Source: Fibrobacteria bacterium (lineage in GTDB: Bacteria > Fibrobacterota > Fibrobacteria > UBA11236). From it: a stretch of 64,000 nt of DNA. How positions within the stretch are numbered: the first letter of the stretch is position 1; each line of letters begins with the position of its first letter. Shown here piece after piece: positions 8,315 through 18,322 of the stretch. A program made the position numbers and the translations under genes. Below the pieces are notes generated by a model. That model saw nothing but the letters and a program-made list of their open reading frames with translations, was not told the DNA's origin and searched no databases. Location of the stretch: contig JBGTHM010000102.1 in NCBI GenBank assembly GCA_041746255.1, forward strand, positions 37,793 to 101,792, in the 5' to 3' direction.

Positions 8315-9238
8315 ATGACGGATAATCCCATATCGGCGGACGCGGAGGTGGCTTCGGCGGTAGAGGCTTATTTGGCTTTTATCAAAAATGAAAGAGGTTA
8401 CTCCCGGCATACCCAGTCCGCTTACGCAGGCGACTTAGCCAAGCTAACCGCCTGGTTGGAACAAACTTCCGTTCCTGGAGGCGCTCACGCCGCCCTGGAG
8501 ATACTGGACAAGAAATTATTGCAAAGATTCCTGTTGGCTCAGCGCGGCGGCTTTTCCGCGGCTACCCAGGAAAGGCTTGTGGCCTGCCTGAAAGGCTTCG
8601 GTAAATTTCTGGCATTGCGGTATTCGATGGATAAGAATCCGGCACAGGGCCTGGTTTTCCCACGTAAGGAAAAAAAATTGGCATCGGTCGCGGGCGAGGG
8701 ATTTTTGAAGGAGTTGTTGGAGGTGGAAGTCGACGGGTTTACCGCCTTGCGAACCCGGCTGTGTCTGGAGATGTTTTATGGCTCCGGCTTGCGCCTTAGC
8801 GAGTTGGTGAATTTGAAGTGGAACCATATTTCCCGTGATGCCCGCATGGCCCGGGTATTGGGCAAAGGCAACAAAATGCGCACCGTACCCCTTACCCAAT
8901 CCGCGCAGGAGGCGCTTGGCGCCTACCGGGCCGAATGCTCCCGACGGGCCTATCCCCGGGATGGAGCCCTGCTGCTTACGCAAACCGGCAAGCCGCTGGG
9001 CGGACGAAGCGTACAAAAGAATATCACGGATCTGCTGCGCACGATGGGCAGACAGGGCAAATCTTCTCCGCATATTCTCCGCCACTCCTTCGCGACCCAC
9101 CTTTTGGATCATGGCGCGGATCTCATGGCGGTGAAGGAGATGCTCGGACATTCCTCCCTCTCGACCACGCAAAAGTATACGCATGTGTCGGTCGCCAAAT
9201 TGAAGGAGACCTATGGACGCGCGCATCCCAGGGCCTGA
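8315..9238 (+). CDS. xerC: Tyrosine recombinase, XerC-like
   Basis: ERGYSRHTQSAY, YGSGLRLSEL, GKGNKMR, PHILRHSFATHLL, LGHSSLSTTQKYTH, HPRA C-terminus. Confidence 0.85.
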   Translation: MTDNPISADAEVASAVEAYLAFIKNERGYSRHTQSAYAGDLAKLTAWLEQTSVPGGAHAALEILDKKLLQRFLLAQRGGFSAATQERLVACLKGFGKFLALRYSMDKNPAQGLVFPRKEKKLASVAGEGFLKELLEVEVDGFTALRTRLCLEMFYGSGLRLSELVNLKWNHISRDARMARVLGKGNKMRTVPLTQSAQEALGAYRAECSRRAYPRDGALLLTQTGKPLGGRSVQKNITDLLRTMGRQGKSSPHILRHSFATHLLDHGADLMAVKEMLGHSSLSTTQKYTHVSVAKLKETYGRAHPRA

Positions 9239-9295
9239 TTCGCCTTCAGGCGAGTAGACCCACATGACTCGCAGCATGGAAAGGCTGACTTAACT

Positions 9296-11572
9296 ATGAC
9301 TGACTCACCGAATTCCGAATATGCCGTACGCACCCTCATGGAAAGGGTGGCTGTGCTGGAAGCCCGATGCGCGGAGCGTGAGGAGACCCTGAAGAGTCTG
9401 GGCAGTTTGACCGAAGGACGGGAATTGGAACTCAACCGTCTTAAGCTTCTATTCGACAATATTCCCGACGCCATCCACTTCAAAGACAAGGAAGGCCGTT
9501 ACACCTGGGTAAACAAGGCCAAGGCGGATTCCATGGGGCTTAAAGACAGATCCGAGGCGATAGGCAAGACCATGTTCGAAACGTATTCGGCGCAATTCTC
9601 CTGGGAGGTTCTGGCGGAAGAGCAGAAACTGATGACGACTCAGGTTCCCATCATCGATAAAATCGAAAGGATAACCCGGAAAGATGGTGAGGTACGGTGG
9701 CATCAGGTGACCAAAATCGCCCTGCTCGACTCGGAGGGTCAGGTAGTGGGAACCGCTGGAGTCATGCGGAATATCACCGAACGCAAGCAGATGGAGGACG
9801 AACTGTTCAAAGCAAGTATGCTATTGAATACTTTCCTCGATCAGGTTCCAGATGCGGTGTATTTCAAAGATGTGGAATGCCGTTTCATTCGAGTCAGCCG
9901 CAGTATCCACCTTGAGGGAATGAAAAACAAAGAGGAGGCCATAGGTAAGACCGATTTCGACTATTTCACGGAGGAGCATGCGCGCCAGGCTTATATAGAC
10001 GAGCAGGAAATTATCCGAACCGGCGTTCCCATAATCGATAAAATTGAAAAGGAGACCTACCGCAATAAGGAAGAGACCTGGGTTTCCACCACCAAGGTCC
10101 CCTACTACGATGCGGAAGGAAAGGTGGCCGGCATCATAGGCATATCCCGCGATGTTACCGAGCGATTCCGGGCGCAGGAAGCCATACGGATGGCCAAGGA
10201 AGAATTGGAAATCCGGGTGCAGGAGCGCACGGCTGCGTTGGTGCAGGAAATTCGTGAGCATCTCAAAATGCAGAAGGCGCTCAGGGACAGCGAAGGAATG
10301 TTGCAGGACTCGAACGTTCGGCTGGAAACGCGCCTGTCGCAATTGAAATATTTGAACGCGACGGCGCATCAGCTTTCGCAATTCACCAGCAGGAAGGACT
10401 TGCTGCCCGCCATTCTCAGATCTTTTACTCAATGTTATCCGGGTCTCGAAATGGTCCTATGCGAAGGCTCTAACGGAGAGTTGCGCTGCACGGCGGCGAC
10501 TCCGGGTCTGGATAATCCAGTCGCCAGGGCCGCCTGCGAAAAGGCTCTCTCCGCAGGATACGATTCCCTGGACGCCAGGCTCGTAGTCGACCGAAGGCTG
10601 GACCCGACGTTGGCCGGCCTGAATATCAAGGGTTTTGAGCATTTGACCGTGCATTTGGCGCTCCCGTTGGTCATGAAGAACAGGCGGATTGCCGTGGCGC
10701 AAATATTAGCCGCCAAAGAATTCGCGGAATGGTTTCCCCTGGAGCAGGAAATGATCGATACGCTGGCCGCGCAATCCGCTATCAGTCTGGACAACGCCAA
10801 CAATTTCGAAGAATTGGAGAAGCGGGCCCGGGTGCAATCCGAACTCGACGTGGCCCAGCGCATCCAACGGCGCTTCACTCCGCAAGACCGGGTATCCATT
10901 CCCCGCCTCCAGGTTAAAGGTGTGTACCACCCTGCTTATGAAGTCGGCGGGGACTACCTGGATTATTTCGAAACCAAATCCGGAAGTTGGGTGATTGTAA
11001 TCGCAGACGTAAGCGGAAAAGGAATACCCGCGGCGTTGGTGATGACGATGTTGCGAAGTACCTTCCGGGCCGAGGCACGCTACGAGACTTCGGCCAAAAA
11101 ACTGCTTTGCGCCGTGAACGACATGATGAGCCAGGATTTGGACGAAAAATCCTTCGTGACGGCCCTGTGCCTTATCGTCGACAAGGATGGACGTTCCATG
11201 ACATACGCCCGCGTCGGCCACCCGCCTTTGGTGATTCGGCGTAAGAGCGTGGAGTCGCCGGAAACCATCACTCCCAAGGGAATCGGACTGGGAATGGTGG
11301 ATGCCGAAACGTTCACGCGTACCATTGAGGAAGTGCATATCGATTTGACCGAAGGCGACCGCTTTCTCATCTTCACCGACGGTCTCACGGAAGCGCGCGA
11401 TTCAAACAAGGAGTCCTACGGAATGGAACGGGTTATGGGCCAATTATCGGGAGGAGAGCGCCTGGGTCCCGAAAAGGCCCTGAATAGACTTCTCAAAGAC
11501 GTTGAGGCCTTTATCGGCAATGAACCTTATCATGATGATTTGACCATTTTGGCGATGGAAGTCATCGGATAG
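9296..11572 (+). CDS. PAS-PAS-GAF-SpoIIE (RsbU-like PP2C) phosphatase
   Basis: Two PAS/PAC domains (PDAIHFKD, PDAVYFKD); EVGGDYLD, IADVSGKG, FTDGLTEA and DDLTIL. Confidence 0.9.
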   Translation: MTDSPNSEYAVRTLMERVAVLEARCAEREETLKSLGSLTEGRELELNRLKLLFDNIPDAIHFKDKEGRYTWVNKAKADSMGLKDRSEAIGKTMFETYSAQFSWEVLAEEQKLMTTQVPIIDKIERITRKDGEVRWHQVTKIALLDSEGQVVGTAGVMRNITERKQMEDELFKASMLLNTFLDQVPDAVYFKDVECRFIRVSRSIHLEGMKNKEEAIGKTDFDYFTEEHARQAYIDEQEIIRTGVPIIDKIEKETYRNKEETWVSTTKVPYYDAEGKVAGIIGISRDVTERFRAQEAIRMAKEELEIRVQERTAALVQEIREHLKMQKALRDSEGMLQDSNVRLETRLSQLKYLNATAHQLSQFTSRKDLLPAILRSFTQCYPGLEMVLCEGSNGELRCTAATPGLDNPVARAACEKALSAGYDSLDARLVVDRRLDPTLAGLNIKGFEHLTVHLALPLVMKNRRIAVAQILAAKEFAEWFPLEQEMIDTLAAQSAISLDNANNFEELEKRARVQSELDVAQRIQRRFTPQDRVSIPRLQVKGVYHPAYEVGGDYLDYFETKSGSWVIVIADVSGKGIPAALVMTMLRSTFRAEARYETSAKKLLCAVNDMMSQDLDEKSFVTALCLIVDKDGRSMTYARVGHPPLVIRRKSVESPETITPKGIGLGMVDAETFTRTIEEVHIDLTEGDRFLIFTDGLTEARDSNKESYGMERVMGQLSGGERLGPEKALNRLLKDVEAFIGNEPYHDDLTILAMEVIG

Positions 11573-11692
11573 GTTTTTTTCAGCCGTTACTTGGGTGTAC
11601 CCATAATACCTCAATAACGGTGTTTTTTCCCTGAAACGGTTTATCCCCCATTAATTAGGCGAAAAATAGAGTAACGCGCTATACTCAATAGC

Positions 11693-13294
11693 ATGCGAAC
11701 CTTGATTCTTCTTATCCTGCTTTTTTCCGTCATCGGCGGGAAACAATCCTACGCCCAAACCCAGCCGCTTCCGAATTTTATGCTCATTGTCGCCGACGAC
11801 ATGGGACCGCAATTGGAAAAGTATGGCCACCCCGGCGCGCGGACTCCAACTCTGGACTCCCTCGCCAATCAGGGAGTGTTGTTCCGAAACGCGCAGGCGC
11901 CGGGGTCCACCTGCTCGGTCGCGCGCGCGTCGATCATGACCGGCACCCATCCCCATACCCATAATGTGCGCATTAACGTGCATGAATACATGGGTCCGAA
12001 ACCGAATTTCAGCAGCAATGAATTGAATTTGATGCAATCGCAGGCCCTTCCCGATTCCCTGGCTACCTTGGTGGAGCTTCTGGTCAAGGCGGGCTATCGT
12101 ACCGGACTTACCAAGAAATTCCATACCGCTTCCCATGACCGGTATCCCTATCACGAGTGGCTGAAAGGGGACGAAACTTCCGAGGTAAAAGCCTTTATCC
12201 AACGTGCCGGAGCTAAGCCCTGGTTCTTGATGGTGAATGTCAGTTCGCCCCATCGTCCCTTTCGCCTATTCCAAAGTGTAGGCCCGACGCCAAACGAATC
12301 CGTATTCAAACTTCCCGGTCACTTTCCGAATACTCCGGTGATTAAAAAAGATTGGACTGAATACCTGAAAGCCATCCAACGTACCGATGCCGAAGTGGGA
12401 ATAGCCGTGAATTCCGTGCGCCAATTGAACCAGGCGAACAAAACCGTGATTATTTTCGTGGGCGATCATGGTCCGCCCTACCATCGCGGGAAATACTCTA
12501 CTTATGGATTCGGAGTGAACATACCTTTCATCGTTTCGGGGCCACCTGATTTGGTGAAGAAAAATCCGCAAGGCGCGACTTCTTTGGTTAGCCTAGTCGA
12601 TATCATGCCGACTTTACTGGATTATGCGGGTATTGCTAAACCGCGCGGCGTCCAGGGAGTTTCGTTGAGGCCATTATTGCTGGGAACTGCGGGGGCCAAA
12701 ACCCATGATTATTTGTTTTCCGAGGTCCATCATGGCGGCGGGAGCCCGGGCTCTGCTTTGCAAGAGCGTTCGATTTTTGATGGCCGCTTCCGTTTGATCT
12801 TCCGGGATCATTTGCAGAAGCGCTATATCGTTCCGGGGGATAACCGCGAGGTCAGTCCTTGGGGTAACCCGGTTTATGCCGAAATCATCAAACGCAAAGG
12901 CGAATTCCCCGCTCAATATGCCATGCTGGCGCAACGGGATTCCGATTTGGAGGGGAACGCTCCCATGGCGGAGTTCTACGACACCTCCACCGACCCGTGG
13001 GAAGTAAAAGATTTATGGAATTCCCAAAACCATAATGAGGATAAAAACCGGCTGATTCGGGCCTTGGCGGATTGGGGCCGGGAAACGGGAGACAGGTATC
13101 TCGACTATGCAAAGCTGGGAGGGACCATTTCCATTCATTCCCCAAAAACTTTCCCTGGATCGGAAGCGCTGAACGGCCGAACCACCAGCGGATTCGGTAT
13201 CACTCCGCTGTTTGAATACCAGTCCGAGGACGGAAGTTTACAATTCCGCGATTCCCAGGGCCGTAGCCGGATTCCGGCGCTCTTGCCTCAGTAA
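11693..13294 (+). CDS. Secreted formylglycine-type sulfatase, copy 1
   Basis: Signal peptide, PNFMLIVADD, TPTLDSLA, CSVARASIMTG, PHRPF, GDHG, GKYSTY. Confidence 0.9.
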   Translation: MRTLILLILLFSVIGGKQSYAQTQPLPNFMLIVADDMGPQLEKYGHPGARTPTLDSLANQGVLFRNAQAPGSTCSVARASIMTGTHPHTHNVRINVHEYMGPKPNFSSNELNLMQSQALPDSLATLVELLVKAGYRTGLTKKFHTASHDRYPYHEWLKGDETSEVKAFIQRAGAKPWFLMVNVSSPHRPFRLFQSVGPTPNESVFKLPGHFPNTPVIKKDWTEYLKAIQRTDAEVGIAVNSVRQLNQANKTVIIFVGDHGPPYHRGKYSTYGFGVNIPFIVSGPPDLVKKNPQGATSLVSLVDIMPTLLDYAGIAKPRGVQGVSLRPLLLGTAGAKTHDYLFSEVHHGGGSPGSALQERSIFDGRFRLIFRDHLQKRYIVPGDNREVSPWGNPVYAEIIKRKGEFPAQYAMLAQRDSDLEGNAPMAEFYDTSTDPWEVKDLWNSQNHNEDKNRLIRALADWGRETGDRYLDYAKLGGTISIHSPKTFPGSEALNGRTTSGFGITPLFEYQSEDGSLQFRDSQGRSRIPALLPQ

Positions 13295-13312
13295 GGACCT
13301 CCATACGATTGA

Positions 13313-13355
13313 ATGCGGATACCGCCCACGAGCTGGGAGATGCCCGCAATGCTCG
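13313..13355 (-). pseudogene. Decayed 43-bp fragment of the neighbouring macB permease gene
   Basis: 38 of 43 nt identical to 15400-15442 by manual alignment. Confidence 0.75.
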
Positions 13356-13402
13356 GAAAGGCAGGTTGTTGATGCGAATGGTATTGCGCTATATTCAATG
13401 GT

Positions 13403-15004
13403 ATGCGATCCTTAATACTTCCTATACTGCTTTTTTCCGTCATCGGCGGTAAACTATCCTTCGCCCAACCTCAGCCGCTTCCGAATATATTGCTCATTGT
13501 CGCCGACGATATGGGACCGCAACTGGAAAAGTACGGTCATCCCGGTCCGCGCACTCCCACCTTGGATAGCCTCGCCAATGAGGGAGTATTATTCCGAAAT
13601 GCCCAGGCGCCAGGGTCTACCTGCTCAGTTGCGCGCGCGTCGATAATGACCGGCACCCATCCGCATACCCATAATGTGCGCATCAACGTGCTGGAGCACA
13701 TGGGTCCGAAACCGAATTTCAGCGGCAACGAATTGGATTTAATGAATTCGCAGGCCCTTCCCGATTCTTTGTCGACATTGGTGGAACTACTGGTCCAGGC
13801 AGGCTATATAACCGGAATTACCAAGAAATTCCATACCGCTTCCCATGATAAATACCCGTTTCACGAATGGATGAACGAAGGGGAGACCTCCCCGGCGCAT
13901 TCTTTTATCCAGCGCGCGGGAGACAAACCCTGGTTCTTGATGGTCAATATCAGTTCGCCCCATCGGCCATTTTTTAAGTACCAAACGGTAGGCCCGACGC
14001 CTGACGAAGCGGTTATCAAACTCCCCGGCCACCTACCCTCCACTCCCACGATCAGGAAGGATTGGATTGAATACCTGAAAGCCATTCAACGTACCGATGC
14101 TGAGGTGGAAAGGGTCGTCAGTTCCATACACCAATTGAATCGTGCGGGCAAAACCGTCATTATTTTCGTAGGCGATCATGGTCCAGCCTACCATCGGGGG
14201 AAATTCTCGACCTATGGATTCGGCGCGAACATACCCTTCATCGTCACGGGACCACCCGATTTAGTCAAGAGGAACCCGCAAGGGTCGGATGCTTTAGTCA
14301 GCTTGATAGATATTATGCCAACCTTACTGGATTATGCCGGTATCGGTAAACCCCGCGCCATACAGGGAGTCTCCCTGAGGCCATTATTGCTGGGAAATGC
14401 GGAGGCCAAAACCCATGATTATTTATTTTCCGAGGTTCATCACGGCGGCGGCAGTCCGGGCTCTGCTTTGCAGGAGCGTTCGATTTTCGATGGCCGCTTC
14501 CGCTTGATCTACCGGGACCATATGCAGTGGCGCTATATCGTTCCGGGGGATAATCGCGAGGTAAATCTTTGGGAAAACCCGGTTTATGCCGAAATTATCC
14601 AGCGCAAAAGCGAGTTCCCTATTCAATACTCCATGCTGGCGCAAAGGGATTCCAATTTGGAGGGAGATGCTCCCATGGCGGAGTTCTATGACACTTCCAC
14701 CGATCCGTGGGAAGTAAACGATCTTTGGAAGTCTCAAAACCAAACGGAAGATAAAAATCGGCTGATTCTGGCTTTGGTGGATTGGGCCCGCGAAACAGGT
14801 GATACGTATCTCGACTATACAAAGATAGAGAAAACCGTTTCCATCCATTCCCGAAAAACAACCACCGGAGGGGGAGAGTTGAACGGCCGAACCCCCATTG
14901 GGTTCGGTACTACTCCGCTGTTTGACTACCAGCCCAAGGATGGAAGTTTACAATTCCGCGATTCCCGGGGACGTAGCTGGATTCCGGCGCTATTGCCCCA
15001 GTAA
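13403..15004 (+). CDS. Secreted formylglycine-type sulfatase, copy 2 (tandem paralog)
   Basis: Same 533-aa length and motifs as copy 1, colinear at a 1710-bp offset. Confidence 0.9.
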   Translation: MRSLILPILLFSVIGGKLSFAQPQPLPNILLIVADDMGPQLEKYGHPGPRTPTLDSLANEGVLFRNAQAPGSTCSVARASIMTGTHPHTHNVRINVLEHMGPKPNFSGNELDLMNSQALPDSLSTLVELLVQAGYITGITKKFHTASHDKYPFHEWMNEGETSPAHSFIQRAGDKPWFLMVNISSPHRPFFKYQTVGPTPDEAVIKLPGHLPSTPTIRKDWIEYLKAIQRTDAEVERVVSSIHQLNRAGKTVIIFVGDHGPAYHRGKFSTYGFGANIPFIVTGPPDLVKRNPQGSDALVSLIDIMPTLLDYAGIGKPRAIQGVSLRPLLLGNAEAKTHDYLFSEVHHGGGSPGSALQERSIFDGRFRLIYRDHMQWRYIVPGDNREVNLWENPVYAEIIQRKSEFPIQYSMLAQRDSNLEGDAPMAEFYDTSTDPWEVNDLWKSQNQTEDKNRLILALVDWARETGDTYLDYTKIEKTVSIHSRKTTTGGGELNGRTPIGFGTTPLFDYQPKDGSLQFRDSRGRSWIPALLPQ

Positions 15005-15074
15005 CTCCGCAAAAGGCTCTCTGTCCCCGGGTTTGGACCGACATTCCTTTGGGGCCTTGATAGCGTCTTAGGGC

Positions 15075-16295
15075 TTATTCAAACCGCAGCGCATCGATGG
15101 GATTCAGGCGCGAGGCCTTGCCCGCCGGATACCAGCCAAAAAAAACACCGGTGGCGAAGGAAAATCCGAAGGCCATCAGAATAGACGCGGTGGAGACTTC
15201 CACGGCCCAGCCCTGTGCGGATGCCAGGAATTGCGAGGCACCCACTCCCAAAGAAATGCCGAGTATGCCTCCCAAGAGGCTGATGGCTACCGCCTCCACC
15301 AGGAATTGCAAGCGGATGTCGCGGCCCCGGGCGCCCAGCGCCAGGCGGATGCCGATTTCACGCGTTCTTTCCGTAACGGAAACCAACATGATGTTCATGA
15401 TGCCGATGCCGCCCACCAGCAGGGAGATTCCCGCAATGCTCGAAAGCAGTAAAGCCAATGTCCGGGAGGTCGAGGTGGCCGCCTCGGTGATTTCGGTTTG
15501 GGTACGGATATTGAAGTCCGATTCTTGATTCGCGGCAATGCGTAGGCGTCGTCGCAGTATGGATTCGATTTGCGCCGATGCTTCCGGGATGGCCTCCTCC
15601 GATATGGCTGAGGCGAAGAGGCTTTCCACATAGGTGGTGCCGAGCATTTTCTTCTGGACGGTGGAGAAAGGCGCCAAGACGATATCGTCCTGATCCTGGC
15701 CGAAGGAGCTTTGGCCTTTGGATTCCAGCACACCGATGACTCGAAAGGGCAGATTGTTGATACGAATGGTCTTGCCGATGGGATCCACTCCCTCCTCGAA
15801 AAGCCCGGCCGCGACGGTCGAGCCCAGGATGCATACCTTGGCTCCCCCGCGTTCTTCCGAAGGGCCATAGGCCGCGCCCTGGGCCAGGCCCCAATCCCGG
15901 ATAAACAGGTATTCGGCATATACGCCATGTACCCGGGTTCGCCAATTGCGATTGCCGAATTTGAATTGCGCCATGCTGCGCACCACTGGGGTGATATAAC
16001 GTACCGCCGGTGATTCGGCATAAATGGCGTCGGCCTCGGCCTCGGTGAAGCGGCTTGCCGTGCCGGCCTCCTGGCGTGCTCCCGAAAGGTTACGCGATCC
16101 CGGATAAACGTTTATCACATTGGTGCCAAGACTGGAAATGGCGGCTTCAACCGAGAGGCGCGCTCCGGTACCCACGGCCATCATGGTGATGACGGCCGCC
16201 ACTCCGATGATAATGCCCAACATGGTCAGAAAGGTGCGTAGCTTGTTTCGCGAAAGGGAGAGGAAGGCGATTTTAAGCAGTATGGTGGTCCGCAT
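15075..16295 (-). CDS. MacB-family ABC transporter permease
   Basis: RTFLTMLGIIIGV, GGIGIMNIMLVSVTERTREIGIR, PIDALRFE. Confidence 0.93.
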   Translation of the reverse strand: MRTTILLKIAFLSLSRNKLRTFLTMLGIIIGVAAVITMMAVGTGARLSVEAAISSLGTNVINVYPGSRNLSGARQEAGTASRFTEAEADAIYAESPAVRYITPVVRSMAQFKFGNRNWRTRVHGVYAEYLFIRDWGLAQGAAYGPSEERGGAKVCILGSTVAAGLFEEGVDPIGKTIRINNLPFRVIGVLESKGQSSFGQDQDDIVLAPFSTVQKKMLGTTYVESLFASAISEEAIPEASAQIESILRRRLRIAANQESDFNIRTQTEITEAATSTSRTLALLLSSIAGISLLVGGIGIMNIMLVSVTERTREIGIRLALGARGRDIRLQFLVEAVAISLLGGILGISLGVGASQFLASAQGWAVEVSTASILMAFGFSFATGVFFGWYPAGKASRLNPIDALRFE

Positions 16296-16297
16296 GT

Positions 16298-17044
16298 TCA
16301 GGTCTCCCCGATGTCGGTGAGAAATTGGGTTAATTCCGTCTGGGCCGAATGGGGGTGCGGATTTAGGGTATCCGATACGATGGATCCGTCGCGCACTACC
16401 ACTTGGCGTCCGGTGAAGGCAGCGATATCCGGTTCATGGGTGACCAGTACCAGGGTAATGCCTTGGGCGTTCAGGTTTTGGAACAGGGTCATGATTTCCA
16501 GACTGGTACGGGTGTCCAGGTTACCCGTGGGCTCGTCCGCGAGAATGATGACCGGGTCGTTGACCAGAGAGCGCGCCACGGCCACCCGCTGCTGCTGGCC
16601 CCCCGACAATTGGTTGGGATGGTGGTGCATGCGATCGGCCAACCCCACGGATTGCAAGGCTTGCACGGCCCGTTCCCGGATTTTAGCCGCCGGCACATCC
16701 TTGCGGTAGAGCAAGGGTAACTCTACGTTTTCCAACGCCGATGTACGTGAGAGAAGGTTGAAGGATTGAAAGACGAATCCCAGTTTACGGTTGCGTACCT
16801 CAGCCAAATCGTCGGGCTTGAGGCTTTGGACTTCCTTGCCGTCAAGCCGATAGGATCCTTCCGTAGGGGCATCCAGGCAGCCGAGAATATTCATGAGGGT
16901 GGATTTTCCCGATCCGCTCGGACCGCTGACGGCGACGAATTCACCACGTTGGATGTCGAGATCCACCCCACGCAAGGCTTTCAAGGTCACCTCGCCCATT
17001 TGGTAAATCTTGGTCAAGTTCCGTACCGAAACGATGGAATCCAT
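16298..17044 (-). CDS. MacB/LolD-type ABC ATP-binding protein
   Basis: GPSGSGKST, LSGGQQQRV, ILADEPTGNLD. Confidence 0.95.
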   Translation of the reverse strand: MDSIVSVRNLTKIYQMGEVTLKALRGVDLDIQRGEFVAVSGPSGSGKSTLMNILGCLDAPTEGSYRLDGKEVQSLKPDDLAEVRNRKLGFVFQSFNLLSRTSALENVELPLLYRKDVPAAKIRERAVQALQSVGLADRMHHHPNQLSGGQQQRVAVARSLVNDPVIILADEPTGNLDTRTSLEIMTLFQNLNAQGITLVLVTHEPDIAAFTGRQVVVRDGSIVSDTLNPHPHSAQTELTQFLTDIGET

Positions 17045-17049
17045 AGCGA

Positions 17050-18294
17050 TTAACGCCTCCGCCGGGGCTGCATGCCAAAAGGGCTGGACGGCTGTCCGCC
17101 GGGTCTTGTTCCCTCCGCTTCCATGCCCGTAACTGCCAGGTCACCGGCTTGCAATTCTCCCCGGACTTCGTTGCGAATCCCGTCGCTCAGGCCCACCCGC
17201 ACGCGAACCGCCACGGGATTTCCATCCTTCAACAAAAAGACGCGTCCGGACGCCTCTCTGGCCCCGGCCTCTCCGTCCGAGGTTCGCCCATCCCTTCCCC
17301 CACCTGCCCGTCCTCCGCCGTCGCGGCGTTCGCCTGCTGGAGTCGAAGGCCGGCGCTCCCCGCCGTTATTGGACTTTTCCGTTACGGGGGGCCGAAAGCT
17401 GAGTGCCGCGGCGGGAACCACCAGCACGTTCTCGCGTCTATCGACGATAATGGCAAGATTCGCCGTCATGCCGGGCATGAGTCTTCTTTCGGGATTCGGT
17501 ACGCGTATGACAACGTCGTAAGTGACCACGTTCTGTTCGACGAGGGGTTGCAGGCGCACCTGTTCCACCACTCCGGTGAAGGTTTCTTCGGGATAGGCGT
17601 CCACGCTGAAGGTCGCGGACTGGTCTTTTTGGATTTTTCCGATGTCGGCTTCGTCTACCGCCGCTTTCACCTGCATTTCACGCAGGTCTCCAGCCAGTAT
17701 GAAGAGAGTAGGCGCGCTGAAGCTGGCGGCTACGGTCTGGCCTACGTCCACCGCGCGCGAGAGCACGATGCCGTCGATGGGCGATGTGATGGTGGCGTAG
17801 CGGAGATTGATGCGGGAGCGGTCTACCTGGGCGCGGGCGGAGTTGGAATTGGCTTCGGCGACGCGGGCCTGCGCTTTGGCCCGGTCCAGCTCAGCTTGCG
17901 ACATCAAGTCCTTGTCGAACAAGGCCTTGGTCCGTTTCAATTCCTCGTCAGCCTGGAAAGCCTGGGCTTCGGCGCGAGCCATGTTGGACAAAGCGTCTTG
18001 CAGGGCGGCGCTTAAAAGCGTGCTGTCGAGTCGGGCGATTACCTGGCCTTTTTTCACTTCGGAATTGAAATCGGCGTATAAAGCGGCGATGGTTCCCGAA
18101 ACCTGCGTGCCCACCAATACCGTGGTAAGCGCTTCGAGTTTGCCGGTGGCGGTAACCGATTTTTCCACGGATCCCAAGGTAACGGCGGCGGTACGCCAGG
18201 CGATATCCGGTTTTTTCTTGAAACCGAAATGAAAGGCGCCATACCCTAGGATGCCTAACAAGGCGAGAACCAGCGTGATTTTAGTTTTAGTCAT
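17050..18294 (-). CDS. MacA-like periplasmic adaptor (membrane fusion protein)
   Basis: VGTQVSGTI, ITSPIDGIV, VDEADIG, LMPGMTAN. Confidence 0.92.
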   Translation of the reverse strand: MTKTKITLVLALLGILGYGAFHFGFKKKPDIAWRTAAVTLGSVEKSVTATGKLEALTTVLVGTQVSGTIAALYADFNSEVKKGQVIARLDSTLLSAALQDALSNMARAEAQAFQADEELKRTKALFDKDLMSQAELDRAKAQARVAEANSNSARAQVDRSRINLRYATITSPIDGIVLSRAVDVGQTVAASFSAPTLFILAGDLREMQVKAAVDEADIGKIQKDQSATFSVDAYPEETFTGVVEQVRLQPLVEQNVVTYDVVIRVPNPERRLMPGMTANLAIIVDRRENVLVVPAAALSFRPPVTEKSNNGGERRPSTPAGERRDGGGRAGGGRDGRTSDGEAGAREASGRVFLLKDGNPVAVRVRVGLSDGIRNEVRGELQAGDLAVTGMEAEGTRPGGQPSSPFGMQPRRRR

Positions 18295-18322
18295 AAGCTT
18301 GTCCCTCTAATCCGAAAGCATG

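Noticed and set aside
8315..9238. Tyrosine recombinase as a prophage or integron integrase
   Set aside because: It has XerC-type size and HPRA end, with no IntI insertion, att sites or phage genes nearby.
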